This document shows, one piece after another, positions 9,266 through 18,626 of a DNA stretch of 64,000 bases; within the stretch, counting starts at the first letter, position 1; each line of letters opens with the position of its first letter. The notes under the pieces were generated by a model that made no database searches, had not been told where the DNA came from, and saw nothing but the letters and a program-made list of their open reading frames with translations. Made by a program: the position numbers and the translations under genes. Origin of the DNA: Myxococcota bacterium (lineage in GTDB: Bacteria > Myxococcota_A > UBA9160 > UBA6930); NCBI GenBank assembly GCA_965223415.1, contig OZ245002.1:96001-160000 (forward strand), in the 5' to 3' direction.

Positions 9266-10838
9266 CAGTGTCCTCGCCGAGACGTCTCGCCCGGATCCAC
9301 CAGGCGAGCGAGAGGGCCCAGCAGCTCCAGGCGAACACATCTCCGTGTCGCACGTAGAAGGTGGTTCCCCGGTCCGGGGGTCGCAGGGGAACGTCACCCA
9401 CCAGGAGATCCGTCTCGAAGATGACGGTTCGATCGCGAACGCGCCCGCGTGCGTCGATCCGTGCCGACACCCCCGTGTTCGCCGCCCGCGCCACCCACAG
9501 GCCCGTCTCCGCCGCGCGCAGCGCCGTGATCGCGAGGAACTGGTGCGGTGCGCCGGTGCGCCCGTACCAGGCGTCGTTCGTGATCGCGAGCAGGGCCCGG
9601 GCTCCACCGGCGGCAAACCGTCGAACCAGATCCGGGAAGAGCAGTTCATAGCAGATGGGAACACCCACGGGGACGAGCGCGCCGTCGGGCCCGGCCACCG
9701 CGACCACCCGGGGGCCCTCGCCTTCGCTGACGTCCCGGCCCGCACTGCCCGTCGCGACGGCCCGGATGAACCGCCCGAGCACGGCGCGGAAGGGCAGGTA
9801 CTCGCCGAAGGGCACCAGGTGGGCCTTGTCGTAGCGATCGGGCACCTCTTCGGCGCCGAGCACGTAGGCGCTGTCGAACAGCCGCGGCTGCTCCTCGCCC
9901 TCGTGCCACTCGACGCCGACCGCGCCGACCACGAGGGTCGCCCCGGTCTCCCGGGCCAGGGACAGGAGCCGATCCATCAGCTCCGGGTCCCCTTCCGGCG
10001 AGCCGGGCACCGCCGTCTCGGGCCACACGATCACCCGGGCGCCCTCCTCCGCGGCCCGGCGGGTGAGGCCGTCGTAGATCGCCAGGGTGCGCTCGGCCCA
10101 GTCCGGCGACCACTTCACGCCCTGCTCGATGTTGCCCTGCAGGACAGCCACGGAGACCGGATTCTCCTCCGGCGGGGCGGGCCAGGCGAGCCGCGCGGCA
10201 CCAGCCACGAGCAGGAGCGCGCCCAGAGCGATCGCGGCTCGTCGGCGCCCGCCGAGGCCCAGCGCCGCCGCCCGCCACGGCGCCAGCACGGTGAAGAGCG
10301 CCAGGCTGCCGAGAGCCGTCGCGAAGGAGAGCCCGAACACGCCCGTCCACGGCGCCAGGGCGAGCAGTGCGCTTCCGTGCTGGCTGTAGCCGAGGCTGCC
10401 CCAGGGAAAGCCGGTGAACAGGAACGTGCGTCCGTGGTCGAGGGCGGCCCAGAAGGCGGCGAGCACGATGGGCGCCGCCGCTGCGCGCCGCGCCAGGTGC
10501 GCGGCGAGGCCGCACCAGATCGCCTGGAAGAGGCCTCCGTAGGTGGCGAGGGCCAACGGCGCGAGCAGGCCCACGACGAGAGGCGCGCGACCGTAGTGAT
10601 GGGTGACGACGAAGATCCAGTGGATCACCGCCGCCAGCGCCAGGGTGCCGAGCACGAAGCCGAGCAGGGTCGCGCGTCGCACCGGGAGCCCCTGCACCGC
10701 CAGGAGTGCGGTAATCGGCACGGCGAAGCCGATCACCGGCCCCAGATCGAAGCTCCCTTCGCCCCACGGCTGCGGGAAGGAGAGGAAGCTCGCCGCGACG
10801 TGGGCCAGCACCCAGCCGAGCCGAGCGCGGCCGCTCAT
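9222..10838 (-). CDS. lnt: Apolipoprotein N-acyltransferase
   Basis: FTGFPW, QGNI, WPETA, KAHLVPFGEY, ICYE, TNDAWYG, RAANTGVS. Confidence 0.95.
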   Translation of the reverse strand: MSGRARLGWVLAHVAASFLSFPQPWGEGSFDLGPVIGFAVPITALLAVQGLPVRRATLLGFVLGTLALAAVIHWIFVVTHHYGRAPLVVGLLAPLALATYGGLFQAIWCGLAAHLARRAAAAPIVLAAFWAALDHGRTFLFTGFPWGSLGYSQHGSALLALAPWTGVFGLSFATALGSLALFTVLAPWRAAALGLGGRRRAAIALGALLLVAGAARLAWPAPPEENPVSVAVLQGNIEQGVKWSPDWAERTLAIYDGLTRRAAEEGARVIVWPETAVPGSPEGDPELMDRLLSLARETGATLVVGAVGVEWHEGEEQPRLFDSAYVLGAEEVPDRYDKAHLVPFGEYLPFRAVLGRFIRAVATGSAGRDVSEGEGPRVVAVAGPDGALVPVGVPICYELLFPDLVRRFAAGGARALLAITNDAWYGRTGAPHQFLAITALRAAETGLWVARAANTGVSARIDARGRVRDRTVIFETDLLVGDVPLRPPDRGTTFYVRHGDVFAWSCWALSLAWWIRARRLGEDTDDRERSDSSSSRRR

Positions 10839-11272
10839 CCGTCGAGCGCCGCGCGGAGCGTCTGCTCCCGGGCCTCCATGACGCGGGCCTCCTCCTCGTG
10901 CTCGTGGTCGAAGCCCAGGAGATGCAGGACACCGTGGATCAGCAGGCGCAGGAGCTCCTCGTCCAGGTCGTGACCCTGCTCGCAGGCCTGGCGGGCCGCC
11001 ACCTCCACGCCCAGGACGACGTCGCCGAGCAGAGCCCCGCGGTGCTCGGCGTGATCCCCCTCCAGGAGGGAGAAGGAGAGCACGTCCGTCGGCCCGGGGC
11101 GTCCGCGGTAGCGCTCGTTCATCTCGGCCATGGCGTCGTCGGCGACGATCGAGACCGAAAGCTCCGCCTCCGGCACGGCGAGGGACGCGAGCAGCCGCTC
11201 CGCCCGGGCGGCCAGGCGCGCCGCGTCGAAGGCCGGCGCCTCCGGCGGCGGCCCGGACACCTGGACCGGCAA
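10835..11272 (-). CDS. ybeY: rRNA maturation endoribonuclease YbeY
   Basis: PTDVLSF, LGDVV, HGVLHLLGFDH. Confidence 0.95.
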   Translation of the reverse strand: MPVQVSGPPPEAPAFDAARLAARAERLLASLAVPEAELSVSIVADDAMAEMNERYRGRPGPTDVLSFSLLEGDHAEHRGALLGDVVLGVEVAARQACEQGHDLDEELLRLLIHGVLHLLGFDHEHEEEARVMEAREQTLRAALDG

Positions 11273-11278
11273 GGGCCG

Positions 11279-12346
11279 TCACTCCCCGGTGTCGGGGTCG
11301 GAAGCGGGGTCGGAAGCGTCTTCGGAAGCGGGCGCTGCGTCGGCACCCTCCGGGCCGGCAGCGCGCTCCGCATCGACTGCGCGCTCCTTGCGGTCGTAGG
11401 CGCGCACGATCGCCTGGACGAGGGGGTGGCGCACCACGTCCGCCTCACCGAACTCCATGAAGCCGATGCCGCGGGTTCCGCGCAGGACCCGCACGGCGTC
11501 GACCAGACCCGAGGGCTTGTCCGTCGGCAGGTCGATCTGGGTCACGTCGCCGGTGATCACCGCCTTCGACTCGAAGCCGAGCCGGGTGAGGAACATCTTC
11601 ATCTGCTCGGGCGTCGTGTTCTGCGCCTCGTCGAGGATCACGAAGGAGTCGTTCAGGGTGCGACCGCGCATGAAGGCGAGGGGCGCCACCTCGATCACGT
11701 CCTTCTCGATCAGCCGGCCGGCCTTGTCGAAGTCCATCATGTCGTGGAGCGCGTCGTACAGGGGACGAAGGTAGGGGTGCACCTTCTCGGCCATGGAGCC
11801 GGGCAGGAAGCCGAGCTTCTCCCCCGCTTCGACGGCGGGCCGCGTGAGCACCACCCTCACGACCTCGTGGCGGTTGAGCGCGGCGATCGCCATGGCCATG
11901 GCGAGGTAGGTCTTGCCCGTGCCGGCCGGACCGGTCGCGAACACCACGTCGTGGTCGCGCATCAGCTCGACGTAGCGGCGCTGGGAGAGGTTCTTGGCGG
12001 CGATGCGTCGCCGCCCGCCCACGCTCGAGAGCACGTCCTGGTAGACGTCCTGGAGCCTCACGCCGGGCTCCTTCGCGAGCATCTGCACGGCGCTGCGAAC
12101 GTCCCGCGGCTTCACCGGCTGGCCCTCGCGGAGGAGGCCGTAGAGCTCCTCCAGCACCTGACGACCGATGCGCACCTGGGCCTCGGCGCCGATCAGCTTC
12201 ACCTGGTTGCCGCGGGCGCGCGCCTGGATGCCGAGATCCTGCTCCAGAATGCGGAGCGTGCGCTCGCGTTCCCCGTAGAGGGCAGCGGCCAGGTGGTTGT
12301 CGTCGAACACGAGGGTCTGGCGGCTGCTGGCGTCCCGGTCGTTCAG
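11279..12346 (-). CDS. phoH: PhoH/YbeZ family ATPase
   Basis: GPAGTGKTYLA, RPAVEAGEKLGFLPG, FMRGRTL, DEAQN. Start uncertain: GTG 12310, or CTG 12346 behind GGAGG. Confidence 0.92.
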   Translation of the reverse strand: MNDRDASSRQTLVFDDNHLAAALYGERERTLRILEQDLGIQARARGNQVKLIGAEAQVRIGRQVLEELYGLLREGQPVKPRDVRSAVQMLAKEPGVRLQDVYQDVLSSVGGRRRIAAKNLSQRRYVELMRDHDVVFATGPAGTGKTYLAMAMAIAALNRHEVVRVVLTRPAVEAGEKLGFLPGSMAEKVHPYLRPLYDALHDMMDFDKAGRLIEKDVIEVAPLAFMRGRTLNDSFVILDEAQNTTPEQMKMFLTRLGFESKAVITGDVTQIDLPTDKPSGLVDAVRVLRGTRGIGFMEFGEADVVRHPLVQAIVRAYDRKERAVDAERAAGPEGADAAPASEDASDPASDPDTGE

Positions 12347-12381
12347 GGGCTTCCTCCGTGGGGCGAAGCGGGCAGCGGCGA

Positions 12382-13491
12382 TCAGCGCTCCGGCGGGAGC
12401 ACGACGACGCCGTCGTCGCGACGCCGGAAATAGTACGAGTCGGCTTCGGCACCCGCCAATGCGGTGGCGTCGCCGAGCTCTCGGAGCTCCGCCACGCTCG
12501 CGGGCCAGCGGCCCCGGGCGAAGCGGTAGGCGAGCGCCATCTGGCGCAGGCGCAGGGCTTCGTAGGCCTCGTCGGCCCGGGCGAGCGCGTCACCCCCCGG
12601 CGGCGCCGCCGTGGGCGGCCCCGGGCGTGCCACCAGCCAGACCACCAGGGCCAGGGCCGCGAAGGGCAGCACGGCGAGGAACCGGCCCGCGTCGAGACGA
12701 GGAGCGCGGCGGCCCGGTCGCGGCTGACTGCGCTCGCGAGCCCGGGCCATCTCCTCTTCCGAGAGGGGCTCGATCGCGCCGAGACGACGCAGCCGCGAGA
12801 GCTGGCGCGCGCCCTCGAAGTCTCCCAAGCGGGAGAGGTCGATGGCGCGGCGCACCGACAGCCGCCCGTCGATCAGCAGGAAGAGCCGCTCGGCGGCGGC
12901 GAGCCGCTCCGGCGACTCGGCGGCGTGCGCGTCGCGGTAGACGTCGAAGCTGCCGGCGCGGCGGAACACGCCGTCGTCCCGGGTCGCGATCGGGTCGAGG
13001 GTGCGCCACTCGTCGACCATGCGCAGGCCGTCCATCAGGATCTGCTCCGCCGGCAGGAGGTCGGCGGGCTCGCGGCTGTGGTGGATGGACCGGGACGTGA
13101 AGTGGAACGATCCGCTGCGCGAGCGGAGCAGCGTGAAGATCGTGTCGCTGGTGACGAGATCGGCGATCTCCTGCACCGCCTCCGCGGGCACTTCGCCGCT
13201 CTCCACCAGGAGGTCGCCCAGGTTGCGATCGGAGCCGCTCAGCTCCGCTTCGAGGAGCGCCCGGCGCTCCGGCGTGATGAGACCGACGCGAACGAGCATG
13301 TCGCCGACGGCGGCACCCTCGTAGGCGCCGGCGGCCTCCGCCCACACGACGCTGCCGCCGTCGAAGGCGATGCGCAGCTGCCTCCCGTCGCCGTCGACGG
13401 TGAGCAGGCCGGTCTTCTGCTGCTGGCCGATCAGCTGGAAGACCTCGCCGATCCCGAAGTCGCGCAGGTTGCCGTGGAGGGCGACGCTCAT
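12382..13491 (-). CDS. DUF4388 (PatA N-terminal-like) domain membrane protein
   Basis: MSVALHGNLRDFGIGEVFQLIGQQQKTGLL N-terminus, one C-terminal TM helix; ATGA-coupled to the upstream gene. Confidence 0.8.
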   Translation of the reverse strand: MSVALHGNLRDFGIGEVFQLIGQQQKTGLLTVDGDGRQLRIAFDGGSVVWAEAAGAYEGAAVGDMLVRVGLITPERRALLEAELSGSDRNLGDLLVESGEVPAEAVQEIADLVTSDTIFTLLRSRSGSFHFTSRSIHHSREPADLLPAEQILMDGLRMVDEWRTLDPIATRDDGVFRRAGSFDVYRDAHAAESPERLAAAERLFLLIDGRLSVRRAIDLSRLGDFEGARQLSRLRRLGAIEPLSEEEMARARERSQPRPGRRAPRLDAGRFLAVLPFAALALVVWLVARPGPPTAAPPGGDALARADEAYEALRLRQMALAYRFARGRWPASVAELRELGDATALAGAEADSYYFRRRDDGVVVLPPER

Positions 13492-15296
13492 GCCGCTCCC
13501 CGCCAGCGCACCGCGAGGACCGTGAGGGCGGCGTGGACCGCGACGCCGACGCCGACGATCAGCGGAAGCACCACGGCCGGCCACGTGCCGAGGGCCAGGG
13601 GCGCCGGGGGAACGCCTGCGGGCACGTAAGCCACCGCGAGGACGAGGGCTCCCCACGCGACGCTCAGCAGGCCCAGCACGGGGCGACCGCCGAGCAGTGC
13701 GGCGGCACCGGGCACCAACACCTGGAAGACGCTCTCGGCGCGGCTGCGAAGCGCCTCTCGCCGCCGCAGGGCTCCCAGCCGGCGAAGGCGATCGTTGGTG
13801 TCTCCGCCGCGGCCCTCCGCGAGGCCCGCGATGCGTGGGCCCCGGTCGGCCCCTCGCAGGGTGCGGCCCAGCACGGCGCCCAGGAGCGAGCCCACCAGGA
13901 GGGCCCCCAGCAGGGCCCCGGCGGCCGGGACGGGGCTTCGGCCCAGCACGCCCGGCGCCGAGCGGCGGCGGAGCCCCTCGGCGATGGCGGAGGCCGAGGG
14001 CACGCCGGCCGGCGCTGGCCCGGAGGCCAGGGTGGCGGCGACGGGGCGCAGGGGCCGGTCGACCAGCTGGCCCGCGTCGAAGCTGGCGACGAGGGCGTGG
14101 GTGCGGTCCTGGTCGATCGTCTGGGCCCTCGCCAGGGCGGCGTTCTGGTGCTCGATCCGGACCAGACCGCCGTAGACCTGGGACAGGTTGAAGAGGATCA
14201 CCGGATCGTCGCTCCCGCCGGCGGCGAGCTCGAGGGCCGTGACGGCGGCTTCCGGCTCGCCGAGGGCGAGCTTCACGCTGGCCGCGTTGCTGAGCGCCTC
14301 GGGCCCTGCACCCTCTGCCCAGCGCGAGAAGAGCGCGTCCGCATCGTCGAAGGCGCCCGCGCGCCGAGCCGCGAGGCCCCGCGCCCGGGCCGCCAGCGGA
14401 TCCCGTTCGGAGAGTCGCGCGACCCGGGCGTGCTCGACCGGGGACGCCACGCCGCGCTCGACGAGCTGGGCCGCCAGCGGCGTGGACGCCCGGAGCAGCC
14501 CGGTCCGCGCGCCGGCGGCGAGGTCCGGGAACGGATGGATCGCGAGCAGGGTGAGGGCGCCGGCGCCGGCCAGGGCGAGGCGACCGGCCGTGCTCATGCG
14601 GAGGGCCGCCAGGGCCATGGCCGAGCAGCAGACCCCGAAGAGCCCTTCGCCCAGGGCGGCGGGCAGCAGAAGCAAGGCGCCGAGCGCGGCCAGGCGCCCG
14701 GCCGCCGGCTGGTCGGGCGCCAGGACGCCGAGCTGCCGGATCAGGGCCGGCAGCGACACCGCCGCAGCGAGCAGCAGGAAGCCGGCGCCGGCCCACAGGA
14801 GGGCGAACGCGGCCGCCTGCCAGGCGGCCAGGCGCAACCAGCTGCGGGACTCCACGTGGTGACCGACCGCCGCCGTGGCGGCCAGGAGCTCCCGCCAGGC
14901 GGTCGCCGGCTCGCCCTGGGACCAGGCAGCCCGAGCGAATGCGGCCCGCGCGGCGGGCAGGTCCGGTGCCAGCCCACGGGCTCCCCGAGCCCGTTCGTAC
15001 GCCGTGCCGGTGTCGTCGATCAGGAGTGCCTGGGCGGGAGCCTCGAGGTTCGCTAGGCCGAGGGCGGCACCGGCCCTCCGAAGCCGGGTGACGCGCTCGT
15101 CCAGCTCGTCGGCGGGAATCGCCCACGCCGCGCTCAGAGCCCGGAGAATGGGCTGGCTGCTCCCCGCGGGGTAGGCCTGCTCCGCGGGCACGACGACCGC
15201 GTCGACGGCGTCGCTGGACGCCGCCCCGGGGACGGCCAGCATCCCGAGCCAACAGCAGACGGCGACTACGCCGCGCATCCGAACCAAAGGTGGCAC
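13488..15296 (-). CDS. TPR-containing multi-pass membrane protein
   Basis: Signal peptide, several hydrophobic segments, TPR-like helices (ALSNAASV..., ILFNLSQVY). Start 15296 or 15278. Confidence 0.7.
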   Translation of the reverse strand: MPPLVRMRGVVAVCCWLGMLAVPGAASSDAVDAVVVPAEQAYPAGSSQPILRALSAAWAIPADELDERVTRLRRAGAALGLANLEAPAQALLIDDTGTAYERARGARGLAPDLPAARAAFARAAWSQGEPATAWRELLAATAAVGHHVESRSWLRLAAWQAAAFALLWAGAGFLLLAAAVSLPALIRQLGVLAPDQPAAGRLAALGALLLLPAALGEGLFGVCCSAMALAALRMSTAGRLALAGAGALTLLAIHPFPDLAAGARTGLLRASTPLAAQLVERGVASPVEHARVARLSERDPLAARARGLAARRAGAFDDADALFSRWAEGAGPEALSNAASVKLALGEPEAAVTALELAAGGSDDPVILFNLSQVYGGLVRIEHQNAALARAQTIDQDRTHALVASFDAGQLVDRPLRPVAATLASGPAPAGVPSASAIAEGLRRRSAPGVLGRSPVPAAGALLGALLVGSLLGAVLGRTLRGADRGPRIAGLAEGRGGDTNDRLRRLGALRRREALRSRAESVFQVLVPGAAALLGGRPVLGLLSVAWGALVLAVAYVPAGVPPAPLALGTWPAVVLPLIVGVGVAVHAALTVLAVRWRGAA

Positions 15297-15317
15297 CTCG
15301 GCGGGTTCGCCCCGGCG

Positions 15318-15345
15318 TATCGGCCGGCCGGCGGGCGACCCTTAC
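15318..15345 (-). promoter_or_regulatory. sigma28-like promoter, site A (TPR-DUF4388 operon)
   Basis: GTAAG-N16-GCCGATA. Confidence 0.5.
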
Positions 15346-15431
15346 GCCCTCAGGGCCCTCGCCGGGGCGCCGCCGAGTGGGCGCCCCGGGGGCGATTCGT
15401 CTATGATCCGCCGCCTTCCAGGGAGTGAGCG

Positions 15432-15695
15432 TTGGCGAATCACAAGTCGGCAGAGAAGCGCGCCCGTCAGGCCTTGAAGCGGCGGGACCGCAATCGAGCG
15501 GTTCGCAGCGAGGTCCGCACCAGCGTGAAGGCCGTGCGCCAGGCCGTCGAGGCGGGGGATGCGTCGAACGCCCAGGCCCGCCTTCGCGTGGCGGAGCGCA
15601 CGCTCCGCAAGGCCGCGAGCAAGGGCGTGGTGAAGCGCGAGACCGCCAGCCGCAGCGTGTCGCGGCTGGCCAAGGCGGTGTCCGCCCTCTCCTAG
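15432..15695 (+). CDS. rpsT: 30S ribosomal protein S20
   Basis: MANHKSAEKRARQ...ASKGV...ASRSVSRL; TTG start, GGGAG RBS. Confidence 0.96.
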   Translation: MANHKSAEKRARQALKRRDRNRAVRSEVRTSVKAVRQAVEAGDASNAQARLRVAERTLRKAASKGVVKRETASRSVSRLAKAVSALS

Positions 15696-15710
15696 GCGGC
15701 GTCCCTCTTG

Positions 15711-16727
15711 CTAGGCCGACAGGCCCAGCACCAATCGCTGCATCGCGAGGCCGGCGTCGAGCCCGCCCTGCCCCTTCAGGATCTCGTCCACGTCGTGGAT
15801 GGCCGCGAGGCAGGCGCGCAGCCGCGGCGCCGTGTAGCGGGACGCCTGTCGCTGGATCTTCTTCACGGCGAAGGGGTGACCGCGGAGCTCCTCACCGGCC
15901 CGCGCCCGAACCAGCTTGCGGAAGTGCCCCGCCAGGGAGGCGAGCAGCACCGGCGGCGGCGCCCCGGCTCCCCCCAGGCGGTGGAGCACCGCCAGGGCGT
16001 CCGCCGTGCGGCCTTCGCCGATGGCGTCGGTGAGATCCCAGATCGGATCCTCCGCCCCGCCGCTGGCGGTGCCGAGCACGTGGGCGCGGGTCACGGCCTC
16101 GCCGGGCCCCGCGTAGAGCGCTGCCTTCTCGATCTCGTGGCGGAGCAGGAGGAGCTGGGGCCCGGTCGCCTCCGCCAGGGCCTGGGCCGCGTCGGCGGCG
16201 AGGGCCACGTCCTGGCCCTGGGCTTCTGCGCGGATCCACGCGACCAGGCCCTTCCCTGCCGCCGGCGGCTCGCAGTCGACGACCGCGGAGGGCTCCTGGA
16301 AGGCCTTCACCCAGCGGGAGCGCCGGTCCACCTGGGCGGCAGTCACCACGAGGACCACGTCGTCCCGCTCGGCCAGGCCCGGCACCAGCTCGGCCAGCGT
16401 GTCTCCGAGCCCCTTCCCACGCCGGCCTTCGGGCTCGCGGAGCCAGACCAGGCGTCGGGCCGCCATCACCGGGAGCGAGTCGACCGCGTCGATCAGATCC
16501 GCCGGCTTCGCCGATTCGCCGTCCAGCCGCTCGAAGTTGAAATCGCGGGCCGCCGCGTCCACCGCGGCGTCGCGAAGCGCCGCCAGGGCGTCGTCGCGCA
16601 GCAGCGCCTCGCTGCCCGCGAGCAGGTAGGCGGGCCGCAGGCGCCCTCCGGCGATCTCCTTGCGCAGCGCCGCCACGCCCAGCCCGCCGCCCGACGAGCG
16701 TCGCGAGGCGCGCGCCGGAGGGCTCAA
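15711..16727 (-). CDS. holA: DNA polymerase III delta subunit
   Basis: PAYLLAGSE, FNFERLDG, EIEKAALY, IWDLTDAI; lptE-holA-rpsT synteny. Confidence 0.9.
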   Translation of the reverse strand: MSPPARASRRSSGGGLGVAALRKEIAGGRLRPAYLLAGSEALLRDDALAALRDAAVDAAARDFNFERLDGESAKPADLIDAVDSLPVMAARRLVWLREPEGRRGKGLGDTLAELVPGLAERDDVVLVVTAAQVDRRSRWVKAFQEPSAVVDCEPPAAGKGLVAWIRAEAQGQDVALAADAAQALAEATGPQLLLLRHEIEKAALYAGPGEAVTRAHVLGTASGGAEDPIWDLTDAIGEGRTADALAVLHRLGGAGAPPPVLLASLAGHFRKLVRARAGEELRGHPFAVKKIQRQASRYTAPRLRACLAAIHDVDEILKGQGGLDAGLAMQRLVLGLSA

Positions 16728-17254
16728 GGGCGGATGCGCTCGTAGAGGGCGTCGTGGAGACGCGTCGCAACCGTCCCGGCGAGGCGACGCAGGGCCTCCT
16801 CCCGGTTCGTCCGCGTCACCTCCAGATCGGCGCTCGACAGGTAGATCTCCGACTCGTTGAACGCCCGACCGTCGATCGGCACCGGCGTGCCGTCCTGGCG
16901 GGTCACCTCGAGCTCGAGCCGCAGGCGCAGCTCGTACTCGAGGGCGAACTGGATCGAGGAGAAGCTGCGGCTGCGCGTCTCCAGGCTGTCGATGGCGCCT
17001 CCGACGATCAAGTCCGCCGTCGCCGGGTCGTCCACGATGCGCAGCCCTCCGCGCCGCAGGAACTCCCGGTGCATCGCGTCCTCGAGCAGGGTGTCGATGC
17101 CTGGCTCGAAGGAGTCGTTCACGAGGGGCCGAAGCGCGATCCGACGCGCGTCGCCCACGGGCTCGGCGTAGCGGACGATCTCATAGCCGCACCCCGAAAG
17201 GAGGAGCGCGGCGGCGATCGCGAGCAGAAGGCCGGCGATGGAAGTGCCCCGCAT
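16724..17254 (-). CDS. lptE: LPS assembly lipoprotein LptE
   Basis: LLSGCGY lipobox; upstream of holA. Confidence 0.82.
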   Translation of the reverse strand: MRGTSIAGLLLAIAAALLLSGCGYEIVRYAEPVGDARRIALRPLVNDSFEPGIDTLLEDAMHREFLRRGGLRIVDDPATADLIVGGAIDSLETRSRSFSSIQFALEYELRLRLELEVTRQDGTPVPIDGRAFNESEIYLSSADLEVTRTNREEALRRLAGTVATRLHDALYERIRP

Positions 17255-17319
17255 CGCCGCGAGGTATAGCTGGAGCGGTGGGAATCCGCCGCCCGGAGGG
17301 CCTCCCGGCCCGCAAGGGC

Positions 17320-17700
17320 CTAGGACCCGAGCTTCAGCAGCCCCTTCGCGACCTGCAGGACCTGGTTCGCCTGGATCGGCTTGGTCAGGTACTCATCCGC
17401 GCCGAGCGCCAGCGCGCGCTCCCGGTCCTCGTCGGCGCCCTCGGTGGTGATGACCACGATCGGCATCGACTGGAGGCGCTGCTCCTGGCGGATGAGGCTG
17501 ATCAGCTTCAGGCCGTCCATCACAGGCATGTTGATGTCGACGAGCGCCAGGTCGTAGTCGTCGCTGGTCACCTTCCGCAGGCCATCCATCCCGTCCTGGG
17601 CCTCGGTGATGTCGGTGTTGCGCAGCCGCTTCAGCGCAAAGGTGAGCAGCTGTCGCATGGTCGGGCTGTCTTCGACGATCAAGATCCGATGGCGGTTCAT
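17320..17700 (-). CDS. cheY: CheY-like single-domain response regulator
   Basis: ILIVEDS, LVDINMPVMDG, ITTEG, YLTKP; GAGG RBS. Confidence 0.88.
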   Translation of the reverse strand: MNRHRILIVEDSPTMRQLLTFALKRLRNTDITEAQDGMDGLRKVTSDDYDLALVDINMPVMDGLKLISLIRQEQRLQSMPIVVITTEGADEDRERALALGADEYLTKPIQANQVLQVAKGLLKLGS

Positions 17701-17732
17701 GAGGTCCTCCCGCTCGGGCGCACCCGGGCGAG

Positions 17733-17834
17733 CTACTTCGTGAGCAGATCGATGGATCCCGGACGGGGCTTGTTTCGTGAGCAGGTCGATGAATCCCGGA
17801 CGGGGCCTATTTCGTGAGCAGGTCGATGAATCCC
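17733..17834. repeat. 37-bp tandem repeat, about 2.8 copies, derived from the 3' end of the GAF gene
   Basis: ctacttcgtgagcagatcgatggatcccggacggggc / ttgtttcgtgagcaggtcgatgaatcccggacggggc / ctatttcgtgagcaggtcgatgaatccc. Confidence 0.93.
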
Positions 17835-18616
17835 TGGATGGTGTTGAGCTTGCGCTCCGACTGGGCGAACAGCTGGGCCGCGAAGATGGCGGTGGCCGCG
17901 TGGCCCGCCAACAGGGTGAACAGCTCGTGGTCGAGGGGACTGAACTCGTCCTTCTGGGAGAGCAGCTTGAAGATCGCGATCGCCCCGATCGCGCGGTCCT
18001 CCACCCGCAGCGGGATCGAGACGAGCGGCGCGGCCCAGTCCACCGGCCCATCGCGATTCGCGCAGGCGGTCTCACCGTCGGCCACCGAGCTTCCGACCAC
18101 ACCCTGGCCGAGCGGCACCGCCGGCACCCGGGCGAGCTCGGCGCCCTCCGAGGCCACGGGCTCGAGGGAGCCGCTCTTCTCGTCGAGCACGTAGACCGCG
18201 AACACCTCGGCCCCGATCAGGTTGATCACGATCTCGATGATGATCTTGAAGACCTCGGAGAGGTCGAGGGTCGAGTGGAGCTGGTAGCTCGCGACGTAGA
18301 GGTTCGCGAGGGCGTTGTTCTCCTCCTCGATCTCGAGATAACGGTTGGCGAACTGGCGGTTCTCCTCTTCGAGGGCTTCGAGGCGGGCGATCGCGTCCTG
18401 GTTCTCGCTCTCGAGGCCCTCGATCCGCTCGAGGAGCTGCTCGCGCAGCTTCGACCACTCGCCGGTGTCCTGGGCGGCGTCCTGCTGGCGTGACTCCACG
18501 TTGACCAGGCGCTCGCGCAGCCGCTTGTTCTGGTCGACCAGCTCCCGTGTGAACTCCGCACCGCGGCGGAACAGGTTCAAGACCTCGTCGGCGCGCTCGA
18601 AGACGTCGTTGCTCAC
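17807..18616 (-). CDS. Coiled-coil plus GAF domain protein of the Che cluster
   Basis: EEENNALANLYVASYQLHSTLD, VSIPLRVEDRAIGAI, LAGHAATAI. Confidence 0.82.
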   Translation of the reverse strand: MSNDVFERADEVLNLFRRGAEFTRELVDQNKRLRERLVNVESRQQDAAQDTGEWSKLREQLLERIEGLESENQDAIARLEALEEENRQFANRYLEIEEENNALANLYVASYQLHSTLDLSEVFKIIIEIVINLIGAEVFAVYVLDEKSGSLEPVASEGAELARVPAVPLGQGVVGSSVADGETACANRDGPVDWAAPLVSIPLRVEDRAIGAIAIFKLLSQKDEFSPLDHELFTLLAGHAATAIFAAQLFAQSERKLNTIQGFIDLLTK

Positions 18617-18626
18617 GGCCGTCTCC

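Noticed and set aside
11291..11333. 12-bp repeat tcggaagcgggg, about 3 copies
   Set aside because: Encodes a low-complexity ASDP tail of PhoH; ordinary slippage.
17733..17834. 37-bp repeats as a CRISPR array
   Set aside because: Units are contiguous with no spacers, one copy is the end of a CDS, and no cas genes are present.
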